Of a stretch of DNA of 63,270 nucleotides, positions 51,362 through 60,169 are shown in pieces. Numbering within the stretch: the first letter of the stretch is position 1; each line of letters begins with the position of its first letter. Under the pieces are notes generated by a model. That model saw nothing but the letters and a program-made list of their open reading frames with translations. It ran no database searches and was not told the DNA's origin. Source of the stretch: Baekduia sp. (GTDB lineage Bacteria > Actinomycetota > Thermoleophilia > Solirubrobacterales > Solirubrobacteraceae). The DNA is taken from NCBI GenBank assembly GCA_040509415.1, contig JBEVLC010000286.1, forward strand, positions 1-63,270, given 5' to 3'. The position numbers were made by a program, and so were the translations under genes.

Positions 51362-51742
51362 ATGGCCCCCAACGAGAAGCCCCAGGTCGAGGTCCCCAGC
51401 GACCAGCCGCCGTCCTACCAGCTCGAGCTCGACGACCTCGAAGTCGGCGAAGGCGAGGAGGCCGCCGCCGGCCACATCGTCGAAGTCCACTACGTCGGTG
51501 TGTCGTGGCAGACCGGCAAGCAGTTCGACGCCTCGTGGGATCGGGGCGACACCTTCAAGTTCGGCCTCGGCAAGGGCCAGGTCATCGCCGGCTGGGACCA
51601 GGGCGTGGCCGGGATGAAGGTCGGCGGCCGGCGCCGGATCACGATCCCGCCGAACCTCGCCTACGGCAAGCGCGGCGCCGGCGGGGTCATCGGCCCCGAC
51701 GAGACGCTCGTCTTCGTCGTCGATCTCATCGGGCTGCGCTAG
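51362..51742 (+). CDS. FKBP-type peptidyl-prolyl isomerase
   Basis: VHYVG, FDASWDRG, VIAGWDQG, IPPNLAYG, LVFVVDL. Confidence 0.97.
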   Translation: MAPNEKPQVEVPSDQPPSYQLELDDLEVGEGEEAAAGHIVEVHYVGVSWQTGKQFDASWDRGDTFKFGLGKGQVIAGWDQGVAGMKVGGRRRITIPPNLAYGKRGAGGVIGPDETLVFVVDLIGLR

Positions 51743-51757
51743 CGAGCATCGTCGGCC

Positions 51758-52465
51758 GTGGCCCAGCGCCGATCACTGCAGGTCCTTGCCGTGATCGTGT
51801 CGATCGCAGTGCTCGGCGCGATCGGCCTCCTCGTGCATCCCGTCCACGAGGCGGTGGGCCACGCGGCCTCAGGCGACACGACGGCGCTGCGCCAGCAGCT
51901 GCGCGGCACGGGCGCGGCCGGTGTCATGTTGCTGTACGCCTTGATGATGCTCCACATCGTGCTGCTGTTCCCGGCCGAGGTCATCAACATGGTCGCCGGG
52001 TTCACCTACGGGATCCCGATCGCGATGGTGATCTGCGTCAGTGGATGGTTCATCTCGGCGATGGGCACCTACGCGCTGGGCCGGATCGCGGGCCGGCCGA
52101 TCGTCGCGAAGCTGGCCGGCGCCGAGCGACTGGCATCGGCCGAAGCGTTGATGGAGCGCGGCGGCGTGCCGGCGCTGCTGCTCCTGCGGCTGCTGCCGAT
52201 CGTGCCCTTCAGCGGGGTGGGCTATGTGGCGGGCGCGACGCACGTGCCGGTCGGGCGCTTTGCCTGGACGAGCGCGGTCGGCGCGATCCCGCTGATCGTG
52301 CTCGGGGTCGTGCTCGGCTCACGGCTGGAGCACTTCTCCTTCACCGACCCGCTGCTCTGGGCCGTCCTTGCGGGCTTCGCCGCGCTGGTCGCGATCTCGC
52401 ACCCGCTGACCCGCCGCTGGCAGCGCTCGCGCCGGGTGCCGGAGCCCGAACCCGAGCGGGCCTAG
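51758..52465 (+). CDS. TVP38/VTT (DedA superfamily) membrane protein
   Basis: FPAE...GFTYG, LRLLPIVPF. Confidence 0.88.
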   Translation: MAQRRSLQVLAVIVSIAVLGAIGLLVHPVHEAVGHAASGDTTALRQQLRGTGAAGVMLLYALMMLHIVLLFPAEVINMVAGFTYGIPIAMVICVSGWFISAMGTYALGRIAGRPIVAKLAGAERLASAEALMERGGVPALLLLRLLPIVPFSGVGYVAGATHVPVGRFAWTSAVGAIPLIVLGVVLGSRLEHFSFTDPLLWAVLAGFAALVAISHPLTRRWQRSRRVPEPEPERA

Positions 52466-52872
52466 CCGCGGCGCTGCTCGCGCTCGGCCTCGAAGCGGCG
52501 CCGGTCGCGCTTGGTCGGCCTGCCCCCGCGGTCGGGGTCGTGCGCGGGCGCCGATGCCGCCTCCAAGCGCCGCTGCTCGGCGTAGGCGGCGCGGCCGGCC
52601 TTGCTCTCGGCGGTCTCGTCGTACAACGTCGCGGCGACGGTCGCCGAGCCACGGCGCTCGGCGGTGGCCTTGATCAGCACCGTGATCTTGACCGGCCCGG
52701 TTGACAGCTCCAGCCGGTCGCCCGGACCGACGTCCTTGCTCGGCTTCACCGCGCGGCCGTTGACGTGGACGCGCCCGCCCTTGACCGCGTCAGAGCCGAG
52801 CGCGCGCGTCTTGACCAAGCGCGCGGCCCACAGCCACTTGTCGACCCGGACGGGCTGAGCGCTGTCATGCAT
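52462..52872 (-). CDS. S4-domain RNA-binding protein (Hsp15-like)
   Basis: RVDKWLWAARLVKTR, GRPTKRDRR. Confidence 0.93.
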   Translation of the reverse strand: MHDSAQPVRVDKWLWAARLVKTRALGSDAVKGGRVHVNGRAVKPSKDVGPGDRLELSTGPVKITVLIKATAERRGSATVAATLYDETAESKAGRAAYAEQRRLEAASAPAHDPDRGGRPTKRDRRRFEAEREQRRG

Positions 52873-52901
52873 CGACGCCCATCCTGGCACCATCTGAGAC
52901 C

Positions 52902-53534
52902 GTGTCCGACGACGTCCTGGAGATCGCCACGCCGCACGGCCCGGCGCGCGCGCACCTCCGACACGCCACGCAGCCGCGAGCAGCGCTGCTGCTCGGCCAC
53001 GGCGCGGGCGGCTCGGTCCAGGCGCCCGACCTGCTCGCCGCCACCGACGCGGCGGTGGCGACCGGCGTGAGCGTCGCTCGGATCGAGCAGCCCTACCGCG
53101 TCGCCGGCCGCCGATCGGCGCCCCCAGCGCCCAAGCTCGACGAGGCGTGGCTGGCCATCCACGCGGCGCTGGCCACCGCCGACGGCGCGCCGCTCGCCGG
53201 CCTGCCGCTGCTCAGCGGCGGCCGCTCCTCCGGCGCGCGCGTCGCCTGCCGGACCGCCACGGCGATCGCCGCCACCGGCGTCCTCTGCCTCGCCTTCCCG
53301 CTCCATCCGCCGCAGCGCAAGACGGATGCCGAGCGCAAGACGCGGCTGCCCGAGCTCGATGCCGTGACCGTCCCGGTCCTCATCATCCAAGGCGACCGCG
53401 ACCCCTTCGGCATGCCGCCACCGGGCCCAGCCCGCACGGTCATCACCGTCGCCGGTGGCCACGACCTCAAGGCCGGCCTGGCCGAGGTCGAACCGGCGGT
53501 GAGCTCTTGGCTGGACTCCGTCACCCGCTCGTGA
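52902..53534 (+). CDS. Alpha/beta hydrolase (KANL3/Tex30-like)
   Basis: HGAGG, GGRSSGAR, FPLHPP, QGDRDPFG. Confidence 0.88.
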   Translation: MSDDVLEIATPHGPARAHLRHATQPRAALLLGHGAGGSVQAPDLLAATDAAVATGVSVARIEQPYRVAGRRSAPPAPKLDEAWLAIHAALATADGAPLAGLPLLSGGRSSGARVACRTATAIAATGVLCLAFPLHPPQRKTDAERKTRLPELDAVTVPVLIIQGDRDPFGMPPPGPARTVITVAGGHDLKAGLAEVEPAVSSWLDSVTRS

Positions 53535-53538
53535 CGGC

Positions 53539-54027
53539 TCAGGGCACCGCCATCGGCCCCGGCGCGCGCTCGGCGAGGCGGCCGATGCCGTCCAGCGCTG
53601 AGACGATCCGGCGCGCCTGCACCCAGCGCACGAGCGCCAGATCGAGCCCGCGGCCGGCGACGCCGAGCGCCGGCCGGTAGCGCAAACACAGCGTCAGCCA
53701 GGTGCCGCCGTTGCCGTCGGAGGCCAGCTCGAAGATGCGGTCGAACGCCACCGCCAGCCGCACGGCCTCGGCGCGATGGACCTGGCGGCGTGGCACGTCG
53801 AACTCCACGATCCGCCAGCGTGAGGGCCCGACCAGCGGCGACAGCACCCGCCCGTGCTCCTCGTAGGCGACGCCGAGTCCGGCCGGACGATCGACGCGCC
53901 GCGCGTGCAGGGTCCACGGCGCCCACTCGGGGTAGCGCTCGATGTCGCAGAGCACCCGCCACACGTCACGCGGGCGCGCGGCGATCCGCCGACGGTCTCC
54001 GACCTCGGTCACCTCAGCGCCCCTCAC
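53539..54027 (-). CDS. SRPBCC family protein
   Basis: IAARPRDVWRVLCDIERYPEW. Confidence 0.75.
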   Translation of the reverse strand: MRGAEVTEVGDRRRIAARPRDVWRVLCDIERYPEWAPWTLHARRVDRPAGLGVAYEEHGRVLSPLVGPSRWRIVEFDVPRRQVHRAEAVRLAVAFDRIFELASDGNGGTWLTLCLRYRPALGVAGRGLDLALVRWVQARRIVSALDGIGRLAERAPGPMAVP

Positions 54028-54093
54028 CGCGTGCTACTGCTTTCCAGTGCGATCGGGGCAACGTATCACCGGAGCGCCGGTGCGCGGTCTGCC

Positions 54094-55914
54094 TCAGGAA
54101 GCGCGGTGCCGCGGCTTGGCGCCGAAGCGCTCACGACGCACCGTCGTCTTCTTGCCCTTGATCATCCGGCCACGCAGCGCGGAGACGACCGCATCGGCCG
54201 ACGCCTCCGGCACCTCGACCAGGGAGAACCGGTCGGCGATCTCGATCGCGCCGATCTGCCGCCCGTTCAAGCCGGCCTCGTTGGCGATCGCGCCGACGAG
54301 GTCCTGGGGCCGGATCCCGCGCTCGCGACCAGCGCCGACGAAGAGACGGGTCATGCCAGCACCCGGACCGGTGGACTCCTTGGACCCGCGCCGCGGAGGT
54401 CGACCGCCGTCGCGCGAAACGGACCCACCCGCCCCGCCGGGCGCACTCGGGCGCTCCCCGCGGTAACCGCCACCAGGCCCCCGCCGCTCGCCCGTGCCGC
54501 CCGGGCGTCCTGGACGGCCCGGCCCGCGGCCCTGCTCGCGCGACGGCGCAGGAACGGCGTCGGGGATATGGGTCTCGTCGGCCTCGGTGACCCCGGACTC
54601 GTGGGCGAGCTTGACGGCGGCCAGGGCGACCTCCATCAGCTCGAAGTCCTCGCCCAGCGACTCGACGACGACACGGTAGGAGTCCAGTGCCTCCGCACCA
54701 TCGCCCAGGATCTCGGCCAGCGCGTTGCGCGTGGCTTCCAGGCGGCGGGCGCGCAGGTCGGCGACCGTCGGGACCTTCTCGATCGCGATCGGCTGGCGCG
54801 TGATCCGCTCGATCGCCTTGAGCATGCGATGCTCGCGCGGTTGGGCGAGCGTGATCGCGACGCCCTCGCGCCCCGCGCGGCCGACGCGGCCGATCCGGTG
54901 CACGTAGGCCTCCGGCGCGGCCGGCACGTCGTAGTTGACGACGTGGGTGAGCACGTCGACGTCGAGGCCGCGCGCGGCGACGTCGGTGGCCACCAGCAAC
55001 TCGATCGTCCCGGCCTTCAGCCGCCCGATCGAGCGCGTCCGCTGCTCCTGGGTCATCCCGCCGTGCAGCGCCTCGGCGCGGTACCCGCGGCCGTTGAGCG
55101 TCTCGGTGAGCGTGTCGACCTCGTCGCGCGTGCGGCAGAAGACGATCGCCGCGGTCGGCGACTCGAGGTCCAGCAGACGGCCCAGCGCCGCGGGCTTATG
55201 CGCACGCGGGACGATGTAGGCGCTCTGGCGGACCTTCGGCGCCTCGCCCGGCGCGTGGCGCTCGCCGCCGAGCTGGATGCGCACCGGGTTGTTGAGGTGG
55301 TTGCCGACGATCTTGTTGATGCGCGGCGGCATCGTCGCCGAGAAGAGGACGGTCTGGCGGTCGCCGGGCGTGTCGGACAGGATCGCCTCGATGTCGTCGG
55401 CGAAGCCCATGTCGAGCATCTCGTCGGCCTCGTCCAAGATGATGGTCTCGAGCGTCTGGGGCTTGAGCGTGCGGCGCCGGATGTGGTCCAGCGCGCGGCC
55501 GGGCGTGGCAACGACGACGTCCACCCCGCGCTCCAGGGCGCGCAGCTGGCGGACGATCGGCTGCCCACCGTAGATCGGCAGCGTCCGCACGCCGAGGTCG
55601 CGCCCGTAGCGGTGGACGGCCTCGGCGACCTGCGTCGCGAGCTCGCGCGTGGGGACGAGCACGAGCGCCCGAGGCGCCCCGCCTTCGGCGCCGCGGCCGA
55701 GGCGCTGGAGCAGCGGGAGGGCGAAGGCCGCGGTCTTACCGGTGCCCGTCGCGGCCTGCCCGAGGAGGTCGCGACCCTCCAGTAGCGGCGGGATCGCCTC
55801 GCGCTGGATGGGTGTGGGCTCCTCGTATCCGAGGGCGGTCAGTGCGGCGACCAGCTCGTCGGCGAGGGCTAGGTCCGCGAAGCCGACGGCGCCGTCGGAC
55901 GAATCGAATGTCAT
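54094..55914 (-). CDS. deaD: DEAD-box RNA helicase with DbpA-type RNA-binding domain
   Basis: Q motif, GTGKT, PTRELA, DEAD, SAT, HRIGRVGRAG, RPQDLVGAIANE. Confidence 0.93.
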   Translation of the reverse strand: MTFDSSDGAVGFADLALADELVAALTALGYEEPTPIQREAIPPLLEGRDLLGQAATGTGKTAAFALPLLQRLGRGAEGGAPRALVLVPTRELATQVAEAVHRYGRDLGVRTLPIYGGQPIVRQLRALERGVDVVVATPGRALDHIRRRTLKPQTLETIILDEADEMLDMGFADDIEAILSDTPGDRQTVLFSATMPPRINKIVGNHLNNPVRIQLGGERHAPGEAPKVRQSAYIVPRAHKPAALGRLLDLESPTAAIVFCRTRDEVDTLTETLNGRGYRAEALHGGMTQEQRTRSIGRLKAGTIELLVATDVAARGLDVDVLTHVVNYDVPAAPEAYVHRIGRVGRAGREGVAITLAQPREHRMLKAIERITRQPIAIEKVPTVADLRARRLEATRNALAEILGDGAEALDSYRVVVESLGEDFELMEVALAAVKLAHESGVTEADETHIPDAVPAPSREQGRGPGRPGRPGGTGERRGPGGGYRGERPSAPGGAGGSVSRDGGRPPRRGSKESTGPGAGMTRLFVGAGRERGIRPQDLVGAIANEAGLNGRQIGAIEIADRFSLVEVPEASADAVVSALRGRMIKGKKTTVRRERFGAKPRHRAS

Positions 55915-56000
55915 GGAGGACAACAGGCTAGCGGTGGGCCTCGTGAAGGAGTGTGAAGCCCGCCACGGATCGGCCCAGCGTGCCGCTATCCCGTAGATGA

Positions 56001-57302
56001 GTGCCCGACTCGCTGCTGCGCGATCCGCCACGGTCCTCCGTCTCCCCCGCCGCCGACCCGGCGTGCGTCGCCGTGCCCGCGCCGCCGCCCGCGCCCGCTC
56101 TCGCCGCCGAGCCGACGGCCGCCCACCTGCGCTTCGCGCTGCTCGCGCTCGCGCTCGGCGGTTTCGCCATCGGGACGACCGAGTTCGTGGCCATGGGCCT
56201 GCTGCCCCAGATCGCCGACGGCGTCTCGATCTCGATCCCGACCGCCGGCCACGTCGTCAGCGCCTACGCGATCGGCGTCGTCGTCGGCGCGCCCGTGCTC
56301 GCCGGCCTCGGCGCCAAGCTCCCGCGCCGCACCCTGCTCGTCGCGTTGATGGTGGCCTACGCGATCGGCAACCTCCTCAGCGCGCTCGCTCCGTCCTACG
56401 CCATGCTCGTCGGCGCGCGCTTCCTCGCCGGCCTGCCGCACGGCGCCTACTTCGGCGTCGCCGCGTTGGTGGCCGCCGATCTGGCGCCTCCCGGGATGAA
56501 GGCGCGCGCGGTCTCGCGCGTCCTGCTCGGGTTGAGCGTCGCCAACGTCGTCGGCGTGCCGTTCGCGACCTGGCTGGGCCAGACCTTCGGCTGGCGGATC
56601 GCCTTCCTGGCCGCTACCGGCCTGGCCGCCGCGACCGCCGTCAGCGTCCTGCGCGCCGTCCCGTGGGCGCCGGCCGACCGGGCGGCGACCTTCACGCGCG
56701 AGCTGACCGCGCTGCGGCGCCCACAGGTCTGGCTGGCCGTGGCCACCGGGGCGATCGGCGGCGGAGGCATGTTCGCCGTGTACTCCTACATCAGCCCGAT
56801 CCTGACCGACCGCGCCGGCCTCGCGCTGGCGGCCGTCCCGCTCGTGCTCGCGGTCTGGGGCTGCGGCATGGTCGCCGGCAACCTGCTCGCCGGCCGGTTG
56901 ATGGACTGGGCCCCGCATCGCGCGATGGTCGGCGCGTTCCTGGGCATGGCCATCATGTTCGGCACGTTCGCCTACACCTCGGCCAACCCGGTCACCGCGA
57001 TCATCACGGTGTTCTTCCTCGGCATGGCGCTGATGCTGCCGACCGGCCTGCAGATGCGGCTGATGGAGGTCGCCGGCGACGCGCAGACGCTCGGCGCCGC
57101 GCTCAACCACTCGGCCTTCAACATCGCCAACGCGCTCGGCGCCTGGCTGGGCGGCATCGTGCTCGCCGCCGGCCTCGGGCTGACCGCCCCGATGGTCGTC
57201 GCCGTCGCCTTGGCGCTCGCGGGCCTCGCGATCTTCCTGGTCGCGCTGGCGCTCGAGCGCCGCGGCGCGCGCAGCGCCGGAGGCGCGGTCACCCCACGGT
57301 GA
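56001..57302 (+). CDS. MFS transporter (DHA1, YdhP/AraJ-like)
   Basis: GTTEF..MGLL, ARFLAGLPHG, SAFNIANALG. Confidence 0.92.
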   Translation: MPDSLLRDPPRSSVSPAADPACVAVPAPPPAPALAAEPTAAHLRFALLALALGGFAIGTTEFVAMGLLPQIADGVSISIPTAGHVVSAYAIGVVVGAPVLAGLGAKLPRRTLLVALMVAYAIGNLLSALAPSYAMLVGARFLAGLPHGAYFGVAALVAADLAPPGMKARAVSRVLLGLSVANVVGVPFATWLGQTFGWRIAFLAATGLAAATAVSVLRAVPWAPADRAATFTRELTALRRPQVWLAVATGAIGGGGMFAVYSYISPILTDRAGLALAAVPLVLAVWGCGMVAGNLLAGRLMDWAPHRAMVGAFLGMAIMFGTFAYTSANPVTAIITVFFLGMALMLPTGLQMRLMEVAGDAQTLGAALNHSAFNIANALGAWLGGIVLAAGLGLTAPMVVAVALALAGLAIFLVALALERRGARSAGGAVTPR

Positions 57303-57900
57303 TGCGCCGGAAGACGTCGCTGGCGACGTCCTGCAGCTCGGTCACGTCGCGTCCCTGATCGAGCGCGGTGACGACGAGGTCGCGGAAGCCCCCGGTGATG
57401 ATGGTCGCGACCTCTAACGGCAGCGGCCGCAGGGTCGCGTCGTGCTGGCGGGCCTCTTGCACCAACCGCATGATCTGATGGGCCCAGCGCTCGTTCATTG
57501 CCTGAACGCGCGCCATCCCCTCGGGGCCGATCGCCACCGTCTCCTGGATGCAGGCGCGGCTCACGACGGGCTCGGCGGCGATGATGCCGAGGTAGGCGGC
57601 AAGCGCGCGGTCGACCCGCTCGCCGAACGGCCCGTCGCCGGTCGCGGCGTCGGCGATCGTCTCCAGCAACCGCGCGCTGACGACGTCAAAGAGCGCCAGG
57701 AAGCACGACTCGCGGTCGTCGAAGTGCTGGTAGAACGTCCGCCGAGACGTACGGGCATGGCGCACGACCTCGGCGACGGTGACCGAGCGCAGGTGCCCGT
57801 GCTCACGGATCGCCTCGGCCATGCCGACCAGCAGCCGATCACGGAAGCTCTCGGGCGCGCCAGGCAGCAGGACGGCGAGCTGGGGAGCCACGTCGCTCAC
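57289..57900 (-). CDS. TetR/AcrR family regulator
   Basis: VTVAEVVRHARTSRRTFYQHF. Confidence 0.92.
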   Translation of the reverse strand: MSDVAPQLAVLLPGAPESFRDRLLVGMAEAIREHGHLRSVTVAEVVRHARTSRRTFYQHFDDRESCFLALFDVVSARLLETIADAATGDGPFGERVDRALAAYLGIIAAEPVVSRACIQETVAIGPEGMARVQAMNERWAHQIMRLVQEARQHDATLRPLPLEVATIITGGFRDLVVTALDQGRDVTELQDVASDVFRRITVG

Positions 57901-59243
57901 GCTGCTGCTGCCACCTCCGGCGCCGCCTCGCGCACCGGGCGCCGGTGCACGAGCGCCTTGCCGCCGCCGGCCGGGCTCCACGCCACGCCCTTGAACTTCC
58001 ACGGCTCGTCGGGCGCCGTCGTCGCCTCGAAGGAGACGCGCTGCAGCATGACCCGCAGCACCACATCGAGCTCCATGTGCGCGAAGGTCGCGCCGATGCA
58101 GCGCCGGATGCCGCCACCGAACGGGATCCAGGAGTAGGTGCCGGGCTTCGTGTCGAGGAAGCGGTCGGGGTCGAAGCGATCCGGGTGCGGGAACAGCTCG
58201 GGATCGAAGTGCGTCAGCCCGGCGCTCAACCCGATCAGGACACCCGGCGGCAACCGGTAGCCGCCGACCTCGAAGGGCTTCATCGTGAAGCGGCCCGAGA
58301 ACGAGATCACCGGGCGCATCCGCTGGACCTCGCGGATCGTCGCCTCGCGCAGCTCCTTGCCGCCGGCGTCGACCTCATCAACAAGGCGCGCAAGGACATC
58401 AGGATGGCGCCGCAGCCGCTCAACCGACCAGGCCAGCGTGTGCGCCGTCGTCTCGTGGCCAGCGGCGAGCATCGTGACGAGCTGGTCGCGGATCTCGGCG
58501 TTGGAGAGCGCGCTGCCGTCCTCGCGGCGCGCGAGCACCATCATCGCCAGGACGTCGAGGCGCTCGGCCAGGTCGGGGTCGCGGCGCGCATCCTCGATCA
58601 GCGTGTCGAGGATCGCGTCGACCTTCGCGCGCAGGCGCAGGAAACGCCCCCACGGGCTCAGCGGGCCGAGATCGCGGTGCAGCTGCGGGAAGCGCGACAG
58701 GCTCTGGCCCTGGTCGGTCCAGTCGGGCAGCAGCGCCTCGAGCTCCTCGGCGCGCGCACCGGTCGCCCCGAAGACCGCGCGCAGGATCGCCCGCAGCGTG
58801 ATCCGCTGCATCGACTTCGCGGTCTCGAACTCGACGCCGACCGGCCAGCGGTCGATCTCGGCGATCGCGATCTCCTCGATCAGCGGCTCATAGGCCTTCA
58901 TCCGCTGGCCCTTGAACGGCGGCAGCAGCAGCTTGCGCTGCTCCATGTGGTGGTCCTCGTCGATGCCGAGCAGCGAGTTGTCGCCCAGCACCTTGCGCAG
59001 CGGCGAGCGCGAGCCGGCGTGCAGCGTCTTGGCGTCGGCCTGGAAGGTGTGCTTGATCAGCGCCGGGTCGGCCAGGATCACCATGTGCCCGAGCGACGCG
59101 AGCCTGATGGAGAACATGTTCCCGTAGCGCCGGCGCTGGCGCTCCAGGAATGGGCGCTGGCGCGTCAGGACGCCGAGCGTCTGCAGCGCCATCGGCATCG
59201 TCGGCCCTGGCGGGATGCCCTCGATGATGGTGGTGTCGGACAT
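57897..59243 (-). CDS. Cytochrome P450
   Basis: AAGHETT, EVQR, FDPDRF, PFGGGIRRCIG. Confidence 0.97.
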   Translation of the reverse strand: MSDTTIIEGIPPGPTMPMALQTLGVLTRQRPFLERQRRRYGNMFSIRLASLGHMVILADPALIKHTFQADAKTLHAGSRSPLRKVLGDNSLLGIDEDHHMEQRKLLLPPFKGQRMKAYEPLIEEIAIAEIDRWPVGVEFETAKSMQRITLRAILRAVFGATGARAEELEALLPDWTDQGQSLSRFPQLHRDLGPLSPWGRFLRLRAKVDAILDTLIEDARRDPDLAERLDVLAMMVLARREDGSALSNAEIRDQLVTMLAAGHETTAHTLAWSVERLRRHPDVLARLVDEVDAGGKELREATIREVQRMRPVISFSGRFTMKPFEVGGYRLPPGVLIGLSAGLTHFDPELFPHPDRFDPDRFLDTKPGTYSWIPFGGGIRRCIGATFAHMELDVVLRVMLQRVSFEATTAPDEPWKFKGVAWSPAGGGKALVHRRPVREAAPEVAAAA

Positions 59244-59244
59244 C

Positions 59245-60072
59245 TCAGCGCCCCCTCCGGACGACCTTCTCGAACCGCTCGATCACGTTGTAGTACTTGC
59301 TTGGCGCGAAGCGCACCAGCAGGTCCAGGAAGACCGCGTCCGGGCCGACCCGGATCCGCGACTTCTGCTTCTCGATGCCCTCGTGAATGATCTTGGCCGC
59401 CCGCTCGGGCGAGGTACGCGCGATCGTGGCGAACTCGCGCGCCGCGCTGGCGACGTCGGCGTGATCGCCGTGGTAATCGGAGCGAAAGCGGGCGTTGGCC
59501 ACGATGTTGGTCTTGACGCCGCCCGGATGGACGACGGCGGCGTGCACGCCGGTGCCGCGCAGCTCCTGGCGCAGCGCCTCGGTGTAGCCGCGGACCGCGA
59601 ACTTCGAGGCGCAGTAGGCGCTCTGGTGCGGGAACCCAACTAGCCCGAAGACCGACGACGTATTCACGATCGAGCCGGAGCGCTGCTCCAGCAGGATCGG
59701 CAGGAACGCGGTGACGCCGTGCTGGACGCCGTGGAAGTTGACGTCGAAGACCCACTGGTCGTCCTCGGGCGAGGCGTCGGCGACGCCCTGCATCACCGTG
59801 ACGCCGGCGTTGTTGAAGACGAGGCCCAGGGGCGCCGGCATCCACGCCTTGACCTCGGCGGCGAAGGCCATCTGGCCCTGGCGGTCGCGGACGTCGAGCT
59901 TGCGGACGAGGACCGGCCCGGAGATCGAGTCAGCGGTCTCCTGGAGCCCTTCCTCGTTCCAGTCGGCCAGCGCGACCGGACATCCGTGAGCGGCCAACCG
60001 CCGCGCCGTCGCCTGCCCGATTCCCGATCCTGCGCCCGTGATGACAGCCGTCCGGCCGTTGATGCTGCTCAT
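59245..60072 (-). CDS. SDR family oxidoreductase
   Basis: TGAGSGIG, NNAG, YCASK. Confidence 0.94.
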   Translation of the reverse strand: MSSINGRTAVITGAGSGIGQATARRLAAHGCPVALADWNEEGLQETADSISGPVLVRKLDVRDRQGQMAFAAEVKAWMPAPLGLVFNNAGVTVMQGVADASPEDDQWVFDVNFHGVQHGVTAFLPILLEQRSGSIVNTSSVFGLVGFPHQSAYCASKFAVRGYTEALRQELRGTGVHAAVVHPGGVKTNIVANARFRSDYHGDHADVASAAREFATIARTSPERAAKIIHEGIEKQKSRIRVGPDAVFLDLLVRFAPSKYYNVIERFEKVVRRGR

Positions 60073-60077
60073 GCGTC

Positions 60078-60143
60078 TCCTGACACCCCGGCTGGTACAC
60101 GCGCGTACCAGCCTGACGGGGTGTCAGGATACTGATCGGTATC
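60078..60143. promoter_or_regulatory. Nested inverted repeat, candidate TetR operators upstream of the SDR-P450-TetR operon
   Basis: TCCTGACACCCCG/CGGGGTGTCAGGA flanking GCTGGTAC-N6-GTACCAGC; second site GATAC-N6-GTATC. Confidence 0.55.
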
Positions 60144-60169
60144 TGGTTGTCCAGTCGCTGCTGTGTGAC

